Position numbers and translations under genes: made by a program. From a bacterium (lineage in GTDB: Bacteria > SM23-81 > DAOVCL01): a DNA stretch of 64,000 nt. How positions within the stretch are numbered: the first letter of the stretch is position 1; each line of letters begins with the position of its first letter. Location of the stretch: NCBI GenBank assembly GCA_029932675.1, contig JAOZPP010000001.1, positions 24,099 to 88,098 on the forward strand. The letters are read 5' to 3'. Under the pieces are notes generated by a model. The model was not told the DNA's origin and did no database searches. It saw only the letters and a list, made by a program, of their open reading frames with translations. Below, piece after piece: positions 28,745-38,028 of the stretch.

Positions 28745-29578
28745 TCAAGGCAACAAAAGATGAGGGCATCTGCAAATAAGCTGATTTAGATGATCAGGTG
28801 TAAGAAAAAAGTAGTTAACAGACTTGTTACCAATTAAATGTTCTCTTAGCTTGTATCCATCAAACCAGTAGGATTTGTACCCAACCTCATAGAGAATGTG
28901 TAAAAGCTCCCAGGCTGTTGAACCTTCCTTATCTGGATCCGAAGAAAGCTCGATGAGCCAAGCAGGCTTAAATCTTGTAATAATTTCTGAAGCGCCCTTG
29001 ATAACCGCCAATTCATGACCCTCCACATCACACTTAATGAACGAGACCCCCTTTTTGAAACTTGTAATCAAACTATCAAGAGATTTGAGCTTCACAGTAA
29101 AATTCCTGGAGGTGCTATCTCGTTTCTTTCCATTTACAAGCCTAGCCTGATAGAAATTAGACCCACCAAAATCATATTTAGGTACCTCCATCTTACCTAA
29201 ACCTTCTTTGTCCGAGATCGCATAATTAAAGAGCTCAACATTGGGTAGAGAAAGCCTCTTGACACACCAAGATAATATTGTGAATGTTTCTGGAACTGGC
29301 TCTATACTGATAACATGTCCCGAACTGGAAACTAAATCTGAAAGCACCGTAGTATACCAACCAACATTGGCTCCAATATCAATAACGGTTTCGCCCTTAC
29401 CTACAATATATCTAAGGATTTTTAAGTCAGGTTCGTTCCTATTCCCAAATTTCTTAAGTGAGTTAAGATAGTGTAACCTTTTTAGCCAGATTATTGCTCT
29501 ATTTGGCAATATACTCAGAAAAATCCCCTTAAGTTTTCGCTCGATTGGCATGTCTTTCACGAATCTAATTTGACTCAT
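28745..29578 (-). CDS. FkbM family methyltransferase
   Basis: VIDIGANVGWYTTVLSDLV...ISIEPVPETF is a FkbM signature. Confidence 0.75.
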   Translation of the reverse strand: MSQIRFVKDMPIERKLKGIFLSILPNRAIIWLKRLHYLNSLKKFGNRNEPDLKILRYIVGKGETVIDIGANVGWYTTVLSDLVSSSGHVISIEPVPETFTILSWCVKRLSLPNVELFNYAISDKEGLGKMEVPKYDFGGSNFYQARLVNGKKRDSTSRNFTVKLKSLDSLITSFKKGVSFIKCDVEGHELAVIKGASEIITRFKPAWLIELSSDPDKEGSTAWELLHILYEVGYKSYWFDGYKLREHLIGNKSVNYFFLTPDHLNQLICRCPHLLLP

Positions 29579-29586
29579 CTATAGGC

Positions 29587-30738
29587 TCAAATTGTATTAT
29601 GCTTAACTAAAAGTTCGCTATAAACCTCTTCATATTTTTGGGTCATAACTTCTGCCGAAAATTCATTTAACACTAATTGGTAACCTCTATCAGCCAATTC
29701 ACAAGATTTTTTCTCATCACCAAGAAGTTCAAGAGTAGAATTAGTCAAAGCATCTACATCTTTGGGTTCCAATAAAATACCAGTTCTTCCGTTCTGAACA
29801 ATTTTTGAAACGGCTCCTACATTAGTAGCAATTACCGGAACTTTTGCCGCTAATGCTTCAAGAACAACCATCGGTAATCCTTCATCAAGAGAAGTGGAAA
29901 CAAAGAGATCTATTGTATTATATATTTCATTGATGTCGCTCCTTACTCCAGTGAAAATCACTTTGCTCGCAATACCCAAATTTTCAGTTAACCTTTCTAA
30001 ATCTTTCCTCAATATCCCATCCCCCACTATCAAAAAGATAACATCGTTTCTAATAGCTAATACACGCTTAGCAGCCTGAAGTAGATATTTATATCCTTTC
30101 TGCTCAGTTAGACGCCCCACAGTTCCCACTATTTTGCATCTTTTTTCATCTATCTGAAATTCCTTTATAAGTTTTCGTGATTTCCTATCGTTTGAGGTGA
30201 ATTTCCCTGTATCAACTCCATTATAGATAGTCCGTATTTTCACATCCGAAACCCCTCTATCTAACAAATCCTGATGAATGGCATCTGACACCGCTATTAT
30301 CTTATCGAAAAACTTGAGAGTAAGAGAATCTATTGCTCTATAAAAGGCCATTTTGCCGCTTTTGTTTGGCCACAGGTGGTCAGTAGAAATCAATTTGAGT
30401 TTTAAACCCACAGATGCGAGTAATCCTATGAGATTTGCTTTATAATCATGGCAGTGTAATATTTTAATCTTGTTGGTCTTTATGATCTCTCGAACTGCCT
30501 TAACACAGGTTAAGTCATACGGAGACCTCAAATCAATCCTGAAATTAGTGATATTCAAGTTCTCCGCGTAGTCCAACATCTCTACTCTTTCATCCCTTGG
30601 ATCTTTGAAGCAAAGGACTATAGGTTTAAACTTTCGTGGGCTGGCAAACTTTGTCAAAGCTAAAATTACATTTTCAGCCCCAAATAATCCACCACTACTT
30701 CTCAAATGCATTATATTAACCATATAGATCTTAGACAA
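29587..30738 (-). CDS. glycosyltransferase family 4
   Basis: EGLPMVVLEALAAKVPVIATNVGAV is a GT4 C-terminal motif. Confidence 0.8.
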   Translation of the reverse strand: MSKIYMVNIMHLRSSGGLFGAENVILALTKFASPRKFKPIVLCFKDPRDERVEMLDYAENLNITNFRIDLRSPYDLTCVKAVREIIKTNKIKILHCHDYKANLIGLLASVGLKLKLISTDHLWPNKSGKMAFYRAIDSLTLKFFDKIIAVSDAIHQDLLDRGVSDVKIRTIYNGVDTGKFTSNDRKSRKLIKEFQIDEKRCKIVGTVGRLTEQKGYKYLLQAAKRVLAIRNDVIFLIVGDGILRKDLERLTENLGIASKVIFTGVRSDINEIYNTIDLFVSTSLDEGLPMVVLEALAAKVPVIATNVGAVSKIVQNGRTGILLEPKDVDALTNSTLELLGDEKKSCELADRGYQLVLNEFSAEVMTQKYEEVYSELLVKHNTI

Positions 30739-30750
30739 TCTATGTTGCAG

Positions 30751-31893
30751 CTAAGTTCTGCTTGAGGGTTCCCACGCAGCAAATTTCTTTCCGCATAGCA
30801 GCTTTATCCACGCAGAAAGAATTGCTAAATTAGAAATAAAGAAAAAAAGTGGAATCTTGTAGATAGCTGAGAGTTGTTTCCCTTCCTTCTCTCTGATGTA
30901 GCCAAAAATAGTCAGGGCAAAAAAGAGAAGTTGGATTAGAAAAATCAACACATAGAAAATACTATTTTTCTCACAAAAAGTCAAACACATACTGCTGAGG
31001 AAAAAGATTATGTATAAAAATGGGACAACCCATCTCATCAGTTTATGACTTAGTAGTTGGATAGAGAAAAAACCATACCTCAAGGGGTTCAATAGCTCTC
31101 TCTTAGCGACTAATACCCTCAGCCCCCTTGCTACTGTCCTCACCTTTCTTTGAAACTCTGCGGTTGAGGAAGAAAGAACCCTATAGTATCCTATTGCTTG
31201 ATGATCAATAATACTTCGGTACCCTTTCTTGACAGTTGACAAAACTGCAAGGAAATCACTAGGTAGTTCCGATGGCCACTCTTGACATAGTCCCTTGCGT
31301 ATTACAAAAAATGAACCACTTAATCCCACCAAAGAGTAGATTTTACTTTCCAATTTTCTCAAGAACATCTCGTATCTTACATAAAAGCCTTCACCTTCTG
31401 ATTCGGAATTTAAAATTTTATCTACACTACTTACACAGCCAACTGTTCTGTCATTGAAATTTCTTACTATATTGCGAAGAGCATCCTTATTTAGCATTAT
31501 GGAAGCATCGGTGAGAACCAATATTTCTCCTTTGGCCTCCTTTATCGCTTCCCTTTGAGCGGATTCTTTCCCTCTTCTTTCTGGTATGGAAATGAGTTTA
31601 ACTCCTCTCTTTTCAAATTCAGAAACAATTTCGTCTGTTTTATCATCTGAGCAATCAGAGGCAACTATTATCTCAAGTTTATCTTCAGGATAATCTTGAG
31701 ACAGGCTATTTTCGAGCTTTTCTCGGATAACTTTTTCTTCATTATGAACTGCTATAATCAAACTAACATCAGGGAAAATATCTGCCTGTTCGACATCTTG
31801 GTGCTTGAAAAGGGAAACAACCATCAACAGCAAAGGATAACCTAAGTAAGCGTAAAAAATGCCAAAAGCCGACAGCCAAAATAACCATTTCAA
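30751..31893 (-). CDS. membrane-anchored glycosyltransferase family 2 (processive-GT2-like topology)
   Basis: N-terminal TM, then VSLIIAVHNEEKVIREKLENSLSQDYPEDKLEIIVASDCSDDKTDEIV. C-terminal TM helices. Confidence 0.75.
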   Translation of the reverse strand: MKWLFWLSAFGIFYAYLGYPLLLMVVSLFKHQDVEQADIFPDVSLIIAVHNEEKVIREKLENSLSQDYPEDKLEIIVASDCSDDKTDEIVSEFEKRGVKLISIPERRGKESAQREAIKEAKGEILVLTDASIMLNKDALRNIVRNFNDRTVGCVSSVDKILNSESEGEGFYVRYEMFLRKLESKIYSLVGLSGSFFVIRKGLCQEWPSELPSDFLAVLSTVKKGYRSIIDHQAIGYYRVLSSSTAEFQRKVRTVARGLRVLVAKRELLNPLRYGFFSIQLLSHKLMRWVVPFLYIIFFLSSMCLTFCEKNSIFYVLIFLIQLLFFALTIFGYIREKEGKQLSAIYKIPLFFFISNLAILSAWIKLLCGKKFAAWEPSSRT

Positions 31894-31972
31894 ACTTTGA
31901 CCTCCTATATCTCATTCTCATTAGACAGGATTTACCGGATGATCAGGATAATAGAAAATCAATTTAGTAATA

Positions 31973-33208
31973 CTACCCAAAATCTATAAGAAACTTAAAG
32001 ATAGACTCTATATCCGTGCTGGTGACATATTTATGTGTAGGTAAGGTCAAAATTCTTTCCGCCAAGAATTTCGCCTGGGGGCAATTTACTGCATTGCCAG
32101 CAAGATATTTTCCAATTCGAGGGATCTCAGCGATGGATTTTGGATACATCGTGGAGGCCCCTAAACCCGAACTGGAAAGAGTTTTATATAGTTTCGACCG
32201 CAAGCTCTCATTCTTAAGGATCAATGGAAATCTAAGGTAAACGGGATCGCCATTCTCAATTGGCAAAGGATATGAAATATTCTTGTTCTGTTTAATCCTC
32301 CTCATTATCAAATCAGCGATCCTTTTCCTCTGCTGATTAAGTCCATCTAACCTTTCTATTTGAGATATACCCAGAGCTGATTGGAACCTGCTGGGTTTTT
32401 GGATTTTGAAATTAGGATCAAATTTGGAAACACCCAATTGAAGAAAAGGCAATTTTTCGGGGAACCAATAGAGCCGAGGGCGAAGAAACGCCGAATACAG
32501 CAAAGCCTTGATGAGAAACTCTACATCTTTCAGTAATCCCGCTTCTGGTAACTCCAATAGGTATTTCTCAATTAACGATGCAATCCTATCGGAATTGGTG
32601 ACTATAACTCCTCCTCCCAGAGTAGTAACATTTTTCCCTCTGCCCAGACTGAAGAAGCCTACATCCCCCAAGGTCCCACAGCATTTCTCCTCAATCTTTG
32701 CTCCAAACGCCTGAGCAGCATCATCAACCACAAACACATTGTTGTGCTGAGCTATCTCACAGATTCTCTTTAGATCACTGGGCAATCCAAATAGGCTGCT
32801 GGGAACAATACAGAGGACATCACTGTAGTCTGTCCCCTTTAGCTTCTCGTAATCAAAGTCCAAGGTTTTCAGATCAATATCGCACAATTTGATTTTTAAC
32901 CCGGCTCTGACAATCGCTGAGGGGACAGAAAAACAGGTATAAGCGGGGATTAGAGCTATATTCCTATTTTTATCGGCTAATTGTGAAAGAGCTTTCAATA
33001 TAAGGGTAAAACCGGCTCTACCGGAGGAAACTAAGAAAACATATTTGACTTGTAAGTAATCCCTTATCTCCTTTTTAAATCTCTCTCTGCAGGATTCCTT
33101 GGAAAAATAGAATTTTAAACTCTCCAATATCTCTTTGATAGCAATTGGTGTTCCTGCCGGCGGAAGGGACTTGAACATTCTTCTCCATCTATAGCTGACT
33201 TTATTCAC
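31973..33208 (-). CDS. DegT/DnrJ/EryC1/StrS family PLP-dependent sugar aminotransferase
   Basis: VVDDAAQAFGAKIEEKCCGTLGDVGFFSLGRGKNVT (Lys in GKN) is a family motif. GTG start listed, and the true start is uncertain. Confidence 0.7.
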   Translation of the reverse strand: MNKVSYRWRRMFKSLPPAGTPIAIKEILESLKFYFSKESCRERFKKEIRDYLQVKYVFLVSSGRAGFTLILKALSQLADKNRNIALIPAYTCFSVPSAIVRAGLKIKLCDIDLKTLDFDYEKLKGTDYSDVLCIVPSSLFGLPSDLKRICEIAQHNNVFVVDDAAQAFGAKIEEKCCGTLGDVGFFSLGRGKNVTTLGGGVIVTNSDRIASLIEKYLLELPEAGLLKDVEFLIKALLYSAFLRPRLYWFPEKLPFLQLGVSKFDPNFKIQKPSRFQSALGISQIERLDGLNQQRKRIADLIMRRIKQNKNISYPLPIENGDPVYLRFPLILKNESLRSKLYKTLSSSGLGASTMYPKSIAEIPRIGKYLAGNAVNCPQAKFLAERILTLPTHKYVTSTDIESIFKFLIDFG

Positions 33209-33236
33209 ATCGAAAGTTCCAATACCATTAACTCAT

Positions 33237-33472
33237 TTGACAGGATGAACAGGATTTACTGGATTTTTAATTTTCTCAAGGAAACACCGAAGGAGACGGA
33301 AAAGTTGACCTAAGAAGCGCAGATTCCGTAGATCGTAGTTCGTGGATCGTAAATCGCTGTTCGTCACTCGTAAATCGGCTAATAATTTCGTGAATTTTCG
33401 TGGCCCCCTAACGCATAATCCATATTTATCATTGTGCTTAATGAACGTTATTTATCCTATTCATCTTGTCAG
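33237..33472. repeat. full-length copy of a TIR-bounded MITE-like structured repeat (archetype copy B)
   Basis: Left terminus TTGACAGGATGAACAGG (~33237-33253). Right terminus CCTATTCATCTTGTCA (~33456-33471) is its imperfect reverse complement. Internal CACCGAAG...CTTCGGTG sub-terminal inverted repeats. Eight CGTNNNT heptamers at ~33327-33382. CCCTAACGCATAA box at ~33406-33418. Confidence 0.6.
33327..33382. repeat. 7-bp-period microsatellite (CGTNNNT x8)
   Basis: CGTAGAT CGTAGTT CGTGGAT CGTAAAT CGCTGTT CGTCACT CGTAAAT CGGCTAA. Related arrays at ~35295-35336 and ~50121-50155. Confidence 0.6.
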
Positions 33473-33485
33473 CCCTGTTACACTA

Positions 33486-33725
33486 TCAGGATGAACTATA
33501 TTCAAGGACCTTACCAATCTCCTTCAATCTTCTCCTACCTCCCTTCAATTCGCTTTCCACCTTTTCCAAATAACGAATGGTGCGTCGATCATAGTAATGC
33601 TCGCCACAACTCCGACAAACCGGGGTCTTAATGTTAACATAAACGACATCTTTACCAACTGAAATCACTTCTTTGACATCCATCACTTGAACATCTTCGC
33701 TATGACAAATTACACACCTCATCAC
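33486..33725 (-). CDS. YgiT-type zinc-finger protein (MqsA-like antitoxin-type Zn ribbon)
   Basis: CVICHS...CRSCGEHYYD CxxC...CxxC ribbon. Overlaps the upstream DUF4258 gene by 4 nt (ATGA). Confidence 0.6.
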   Translation of the reverse strand: MMRCVICHSEDVQVMDVKEVISVGKDVVYVNIKTPVCRSCGEHYYDRRTIRYLEKVESELKGGRRRLKEIGKVLEYSSS

Positions 33726-34045
33726 GTCCTCCTTCTCCGATAATCAATCCATAATTTAGGATTAGGATGATATACCGTAATGACGATTGTTAAATCTTCG
33801 TCTTTACCATATGCACATAGGATGTGCAATGGCCGGCTTTTGCGGGTCTTGCCAAACATCAAAACACTGGGATAGGGTTTATCCCTCGGGTATTCCCGAA
33901 TTACCTCCGCGCTACAGACCGCTTCGTAGACTTCGTTTTCTTTAATCTCACCAAACATCTCATTTCTCATCTCAACCCTTGCATGCTGAGTATAAAACAC
34001 ACGATTACTCTCAAAGCATCGCTGAATCTTCTTAACCCACTCCAT
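33722..34045 (-). CDS. DUF4258 domain protein (putative toxin partner of the YgiT zinc-finger protein)
   Basis: YTQHARVEMRNEMFGEIKENEVYEAV...PYPSVLMFGKTRKSRPLHILCAYGKDEDLTIVITVYHP matches the DUF4258 profile. Confidence 0.6.
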   Translation of the reverse strand: MEWVKKIQRCFESNRVFYTQHARVEMRNEMFGEIKENEVYEAVCSAEVIREYPRDKPYPSVLMFGKTRKSRPLHILCAYGKDEDLTIVITVYHPNPKLWIDYRRRRT

Positions 34046-34061
34046 TTCATTAACATTTATT

Positions 34062-34233
34062 TTGACAGGATGAACAGGATTTACTGGATTTTTGACTTCC
34101 TCAAGGCAACACCAAATGGCACCGAAACGACCGAAAAATTATCACGCACATCCTTCCTTAGAACTTATTGATATTCAGTTGCTTTCGGTGTTTAATGAAT
34201 ATTATCCTGTCAATCCCTGTCTATCCTGTCTGA
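34062..34233. repeat. second copy (C) of the MITE-like structured repeat
   Basis: A 32-nt stretch TTGACAGGATGAACAGGATTTACTGGATTTTT is identical to copy B. Right end ATCCTGTCAATCCCTGTCTATCCTGTC. Internal CACCGAAACG...CTTTCGGTG. Confidence 0.6.
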
Positions 34234-34242
34234 GTTTCCAAG

Positions 34243-35274
34243 TTAGGGAAAGTGTTTAACGATCTTTGGCCCAAAATGGTTTGCTACTGATAAGGGTAAC
34301 TTCCTCCACAGTTTTATAGCCATTTTATACTTGGGATTGCTGGGGTTCAATGAGGGGATTTCGTCTATGGAGTTTAGATAATATTGCCAATGTAACTGCT
34401 TTATCTCCCCGCCCCACTGCTTTTTAAATTTAAAAGTCCCTGAATCCCAACTGGACCTGCCGAAATCAAAATATTTGAAGCCATTTTCACATCCATATTT
34501 TATTGCCTCCCAATATAATAAATCATTCGGACAATATCTAAAATAGGATCTTAAGGAAGAAGCAGAAGGAATATATACCCGGTCCTTCCATAGAAGCATT
34601 AGGGCACCGCCGACAACTTTCTTACCTAATTTAACCAAAATAACCTTGGTATCCAAAGGAAATTCTTGGATAATGTTTTTGAACAGACTGTAACCCCAGA
34701 CTGGTGTCCCCAGATCCCTCATATTCTCCCCAAAGACCCTGTAGAAATGTTTTAAGTGAGTTTCACCTCCGATATCAACTTTCAATCCAGACTTTACGGC
34801 CTTCCTCACCTGGTTTCTTACCTTCGCCTTGAAACTTTTCCATATCTCCTCCGGGTTGGGTGTAAGGGGTAAAATAAATGTTACTTTGTCCTCTTTAGTT
34901 TTGAGACCCAAACCTGAACCATTAACAGACCTCATCTCCAAGAACTGGGCATTCTCCTTTTTGACAAATTCTATTGCCTTAGTTAAGAGCAGTTCCTCAA
35001 TTTCCTGGCTATCAGCACAGATTCCCCCATAGTCAATCCAAGGGAGGGAGATGAACAGTTTTCGTCTCAAGATTCCTTTGATACAAACCATAGGGAAAAT
35101 TCCTTTAATCCTCTCATTATCAATAGCCATAAGGTAGGAAGATTTGTGACCAAAGCTTCTCTCAAAAACTCTAAGCCAACCGATTCGATGGGCTATGGTG
35201 ACCCGTGGGGATTTAGCCACATACTGCTCCCATAGTTTTTCATATTTATCGGAATAACGGACGATTCGTAACAC
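34243..35274 (-). CDS. FemAB-related / GNAT-fold acyltransferase (exopolysaccharide locus type)
   Basis: About 340 aa with a FemAB-like pattern. Resembles the PEP-CTERM-system-associated FemAB family. Confidence 0.55.
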   Translation of the reverse strand: MLRIVRYSDKYEKLWEQYVAKSPRVTIAHRIGWLRVFERSFGHKSSYLMAIDNERIKGIFPMVCIKGILRRKLFISLPWIDYGGICADSQEIEELLLTKAIEFVKKENAQFLEMRSVNGSGLGLKTKEDKVTFILPLTPNPEEIWKSFKAKVRNQVRKAVKSGLKVDIGGETHLKHFYRVFGENMRDLGTPVWGYSLFKNIIQEFPLDTKVILVKLGKKVVGGALMLLWKDRVYIPSASSLRSYFRYCPNDLLYWEAIKYGCENGFKYFDFGRSSWDSGTFKFKKQWGGEIKQLHWQYYLNSIDEIPSLNPSNPKYKMAIKLWRKLPLSVANHFGPKIVKHFP

Positions 35275-35468
35275 GACGATTAACTCCTTAATCTCGTAGA
35301 TCGTGGATCGTTGCTCGTTGCTTGTTACTCGTAGGGATTTTAAGGTTTAGGTCTCTATGTCATTCGTCATCAGGGTTTTGGCATTAACTTGAGGCCCACA
35401 CCAAAGTGCGGTAGAAGTCCTCTACTCAAGGCAATCTGAAAACTGATCTCTGACCCTATTAACCGATT
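35275..35468. repeat. divergent/partial copy (D) of the intergenic repeat family containing a CGTNNNT heptamer array
   Basis: CGTAGAT CGTGGAT CGTTGCT CGTTGCT TGTTACT CGTAGGG at ~35295-35336. Shares CTCAAGG...CACC motifs with copies B and C but lacks clear TIRs. Confidence 0.4.
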
Positions 35469-36878
35469 CTAAGAACTATGCTCTATTCCCTGTCCGCTGA
35501 AAACTGAATTCTTAAGCATTACTGTTATTGCCGTAATTGTATATAAATGTGGATAATACAGAGCCGAGAGAAATGTGGATGCCACCAAGAAACCTATCAT
35601 ACTCCCGTTAACGGAATTTCCCACATATTGACCAAATCCATACTGTGTATGTGATGAACTATAAATATGTGAAATGCGCCGGGTATCTCTGAAGTTAAAA
35701 CAGAAAAAAGCTAAAAAGCAGAAAAACCCTATAATACCCAATTCTGACATCACCTGGGGAATTGTCCCGTGAAGGACTCGCCCCCATTGTGTATTTGGGT
35801 TACTTTTCCCTTTATAATACAAGGGAAGATAAATCCCATCGTTGCCAGCACCAACCCCAATGATAGGATGGTCTTTGAACATCTTAAAACCGGCTTTCCA
35901 ATATTCCCTCCTTGTTTCAGCCGTTCCTTGAGTGGTATTTCTTATAGATTTCAGTTCCTCCACATACTTCTTGGGAACAAGAACACTGAAAGCAATTATG
36001 AAAATTGAACCCACCAAGACAGCACGAATCTTTTGAGGACTTTTCCACCAACAGTACCCCAAAACTGCTACCAAGCCGATAAATCCGCCACGTGACATTG
36101 TAAAGACAATACAAAGTATATACAAAAAGAGCAGAAACAAAGCAGAAAGTCTTTTTAGCTGGGTCTTTGCATGAAAAACTAAGAAATAGGAAAAGGGTAG
36201 GATAACAACTAATGCCAAAGCCAAATCATTTTCGTCACTGAGGAAATCACCTAAAACGATTCCAGTAGTCCCCCAAGGGTTCCCTGCTAAATATTGATAA
36301 ATACCCTTAATAGCTATGTAACCATAAATGATCAGCAACATCCAGATAAACTTTTTTAGTTTGTCTTCGGTTTTTATCAAATTGGTAGCCAAGAAAAAGG
36401 TAACAAAGAGCAACATCATTGAATAAAAGGTGCGGTAGGCCCAGAAATTGTTCCTGGCGGTAAGAACCGTCAAACCAATAAGTGCCATATAAAAAAGAAA
36501 CACCCAGCTTTGATTAGTCCAGATTACTCTCCTCTTTTTTGTAACGAAACTCAACAGAAAGGAGACAAAAACAACAATCGTAGTCAGCATTGCTATCCGC
36601 AACGGAGCCAACTGAGGAAATTGGTCCTGGGGACGAGCATATTCAATGAAATAGACTGCCATAATTCCCCACACTGGATACTTTATTATCCAAAAAAAGA
36701 TAACTATCCCAGGAATTAAAACAATAGGCAAAACTGAAGAAAATTTAAGAGGCAAACGTAATAAGATAGCACCTAACAGTATGGAAAGTAGTATAATTAA
36801 AGGGATTTTTAGTTTAGACAAGGTAAGGTGCCAACTAAGACCAAACCCTCTACTTGCATTAGTATTCCTTTTATACAT
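35469..36878 (-). CDS. O-antigen ligase / Wzy-like polymerase family membrane protein
   Basis: FTMSRGGFIGLVAVLGYCWW is a Wzy_C-type motif. About 12 TM helices. Confidence 0.65.
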   Translation of the reverse strand: MYKRNTNASRGFGLSWHLTLSKLKIPLIILLSILLGAILLRLPLKFSSVLPIVLIPGIVIFFWIIKYPVWGIMAVYFIEYARPQDQFPQLAPLRIAMLTTIVVFVSFLLSFVTKKRRVIWTNQSWVFLFYMALIGLTVLTARNNFWAYRTFYSMMLLFVTFFLATNLIKTEDKLKKFIWMLLIIYGYIAIKGIYQYLAGNPWGTTGIVLGDFLSDENDLALALVVILPFSYFLVFHAKTQLKRLSALFLLFLYILCIVFTMSRGGFIGLVAVLGYCWWKSPQKIRAVLVGSIFIIAFSVLVPKKYVEELKSIRNTTQGTAETRREYWKAGFKMFKDHPIIGVGAGNDGIYLPLYYKGKSNPNTQWGRVLHGTIPQVMSELGIIGFFCFLAFFCFNFRDTRRISHIYSSSHTQYGFGQYVGNSVNGSMIGFLVASTFLSALYYPHLYTITAITVMLKNSVFSGQGIEHSS

Positions 36879-37005
36879 AGGTCAAGACGGAAAGAATCAC
36901 CTTTCCCTTTCCAGCTCCCTCCGTAAATTTGCCAGCTCGATGAAAGAGCTAAATTTAGCACCATTACTTCAATGATCTCATTAACGCTCCTCAAAGTATC
37001 TATAT

Positions 37006-38028
37006 CTATATTACTCTACTTGTCTTTCTACTGAAAACAAACAAAACAAATCCAAAAACAATAATACTCCAATAACTTATTACCCGATCCAAAATAGCCA
37101 CTGAGAAGGCAACCTCCTTATCAAAGTTAAAAAATAACAAAATCCCCATTATGGCAAACTCAACTGCGCCCAACCCAGCAGGAGAAATGGGTATCGCTGT
37201 TAATAACGCGGAGGCAAGGGCAACAAAGGTTATTAGCGACAACCGGACTTCCAAGTGTAAAGAGTGTGTTACGAAAAATAACCTTCCTATCTCCAGTAAC
37301 CAGATGAGAAGGGTAAAACAGGCAAGCAACGGGACTCTTTTGATGGAATTGATTGTTCCCTCTTCAAAGCGACCATAAATATCTTCAATCTTGCCAGGAA
37401 GTATTTTCCTTATAAATCTATCAAAATACCTCATAGACAAAAGAACGAGAACAAAAATTACTACGATTGAAAATCCGGCTCCAAAAAGAGAAAGAATTTT
37501 AGGAGGGAGTTTACTTCTAAAACTCAATAGACCAGCAAATCCAAATAGAACGAAAAGAATCAGCATATCAGAAACCCTCTCCACAAAGATTGATCCCATA
37601 GTCTTTGATAATGAAAAATCATAATTTTTTTTAACAAGATAAGCTCTATACAAATCTCCCAACTTAGCCGGTATAACACAATTGGTAAACCAGGAAATAA
37701 AAAGTATCTCAGTAGCATCTTTTCTCGAAGCCCTAAAACCTGCATTTGTCAAGATCATCCTCCACCTAATTCCCCTAATGGGCACGGTAAAATAGAACAC
37801 TACAAAAGCCATAAAATATAAAAACCAGTTTGTTTTCTCTAAAATTCTTATCGTTTTATGAGTGTCAATTCGGGTATATAAAAAATACAATATTATAAAA
37901 GCTGCCGAAAAGGAAATTAATGTTTTTAGGCTAAAGAATTTCTTCCTTAGCGAAACTCCTTTGACAGAACTATCATTCATAATTAATATCTCGTTACCCG
38001 TAAAGATGCTTTTCGTATAACCTCTCAT
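37006..38028 (-). CDS. flippase-like domain membrane protein (UPF0104 family), paralog of 6516..7508
   Basis: Multi-TM protein with the same family pattern (RGIRWRMIL...). Overlaps the upstream GT4 gene by 35 nt. Confidence 0.55.
   Translation of the reverse strand: MRGYTKSIFTGNEILIMNDSSVKGVSLRKKFFSLKTLISFSAAFIILYFLYTRIDTHKTIRILEKTNWFLYFMAFVVFYFTVPIRGIRWRMILTNAGFRASRKDATEILFISWFTNCVIPAKLGDLYRAYLVKKNYDFSLSKTMGSIFVERVSDMLILFVLFGFAGLLSFRSKLPPKILSLFGAGFSIVVIFVLVLLSMRYFDRFIRKILPGKIEDIYGRFEEGTINSIKRVPLLACFTLLIWLLEIGRLFFVTHSLHLEVRLSLITFVALASALLTAIPISPAGLGAVEFAIMGILLFFNFDKEVAFSVAILDRVISYWSIIVFGFVLFVFSRKTSRVI

Noticed and set aside
33327-33382. Could the heptamer arrays be a CRISPR array?
   Set aside because: The 7-bp units are directly tandem with no spacers, no cas genes are present, and the units are degenerate. 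This is a microsatellite, not CRISPR.
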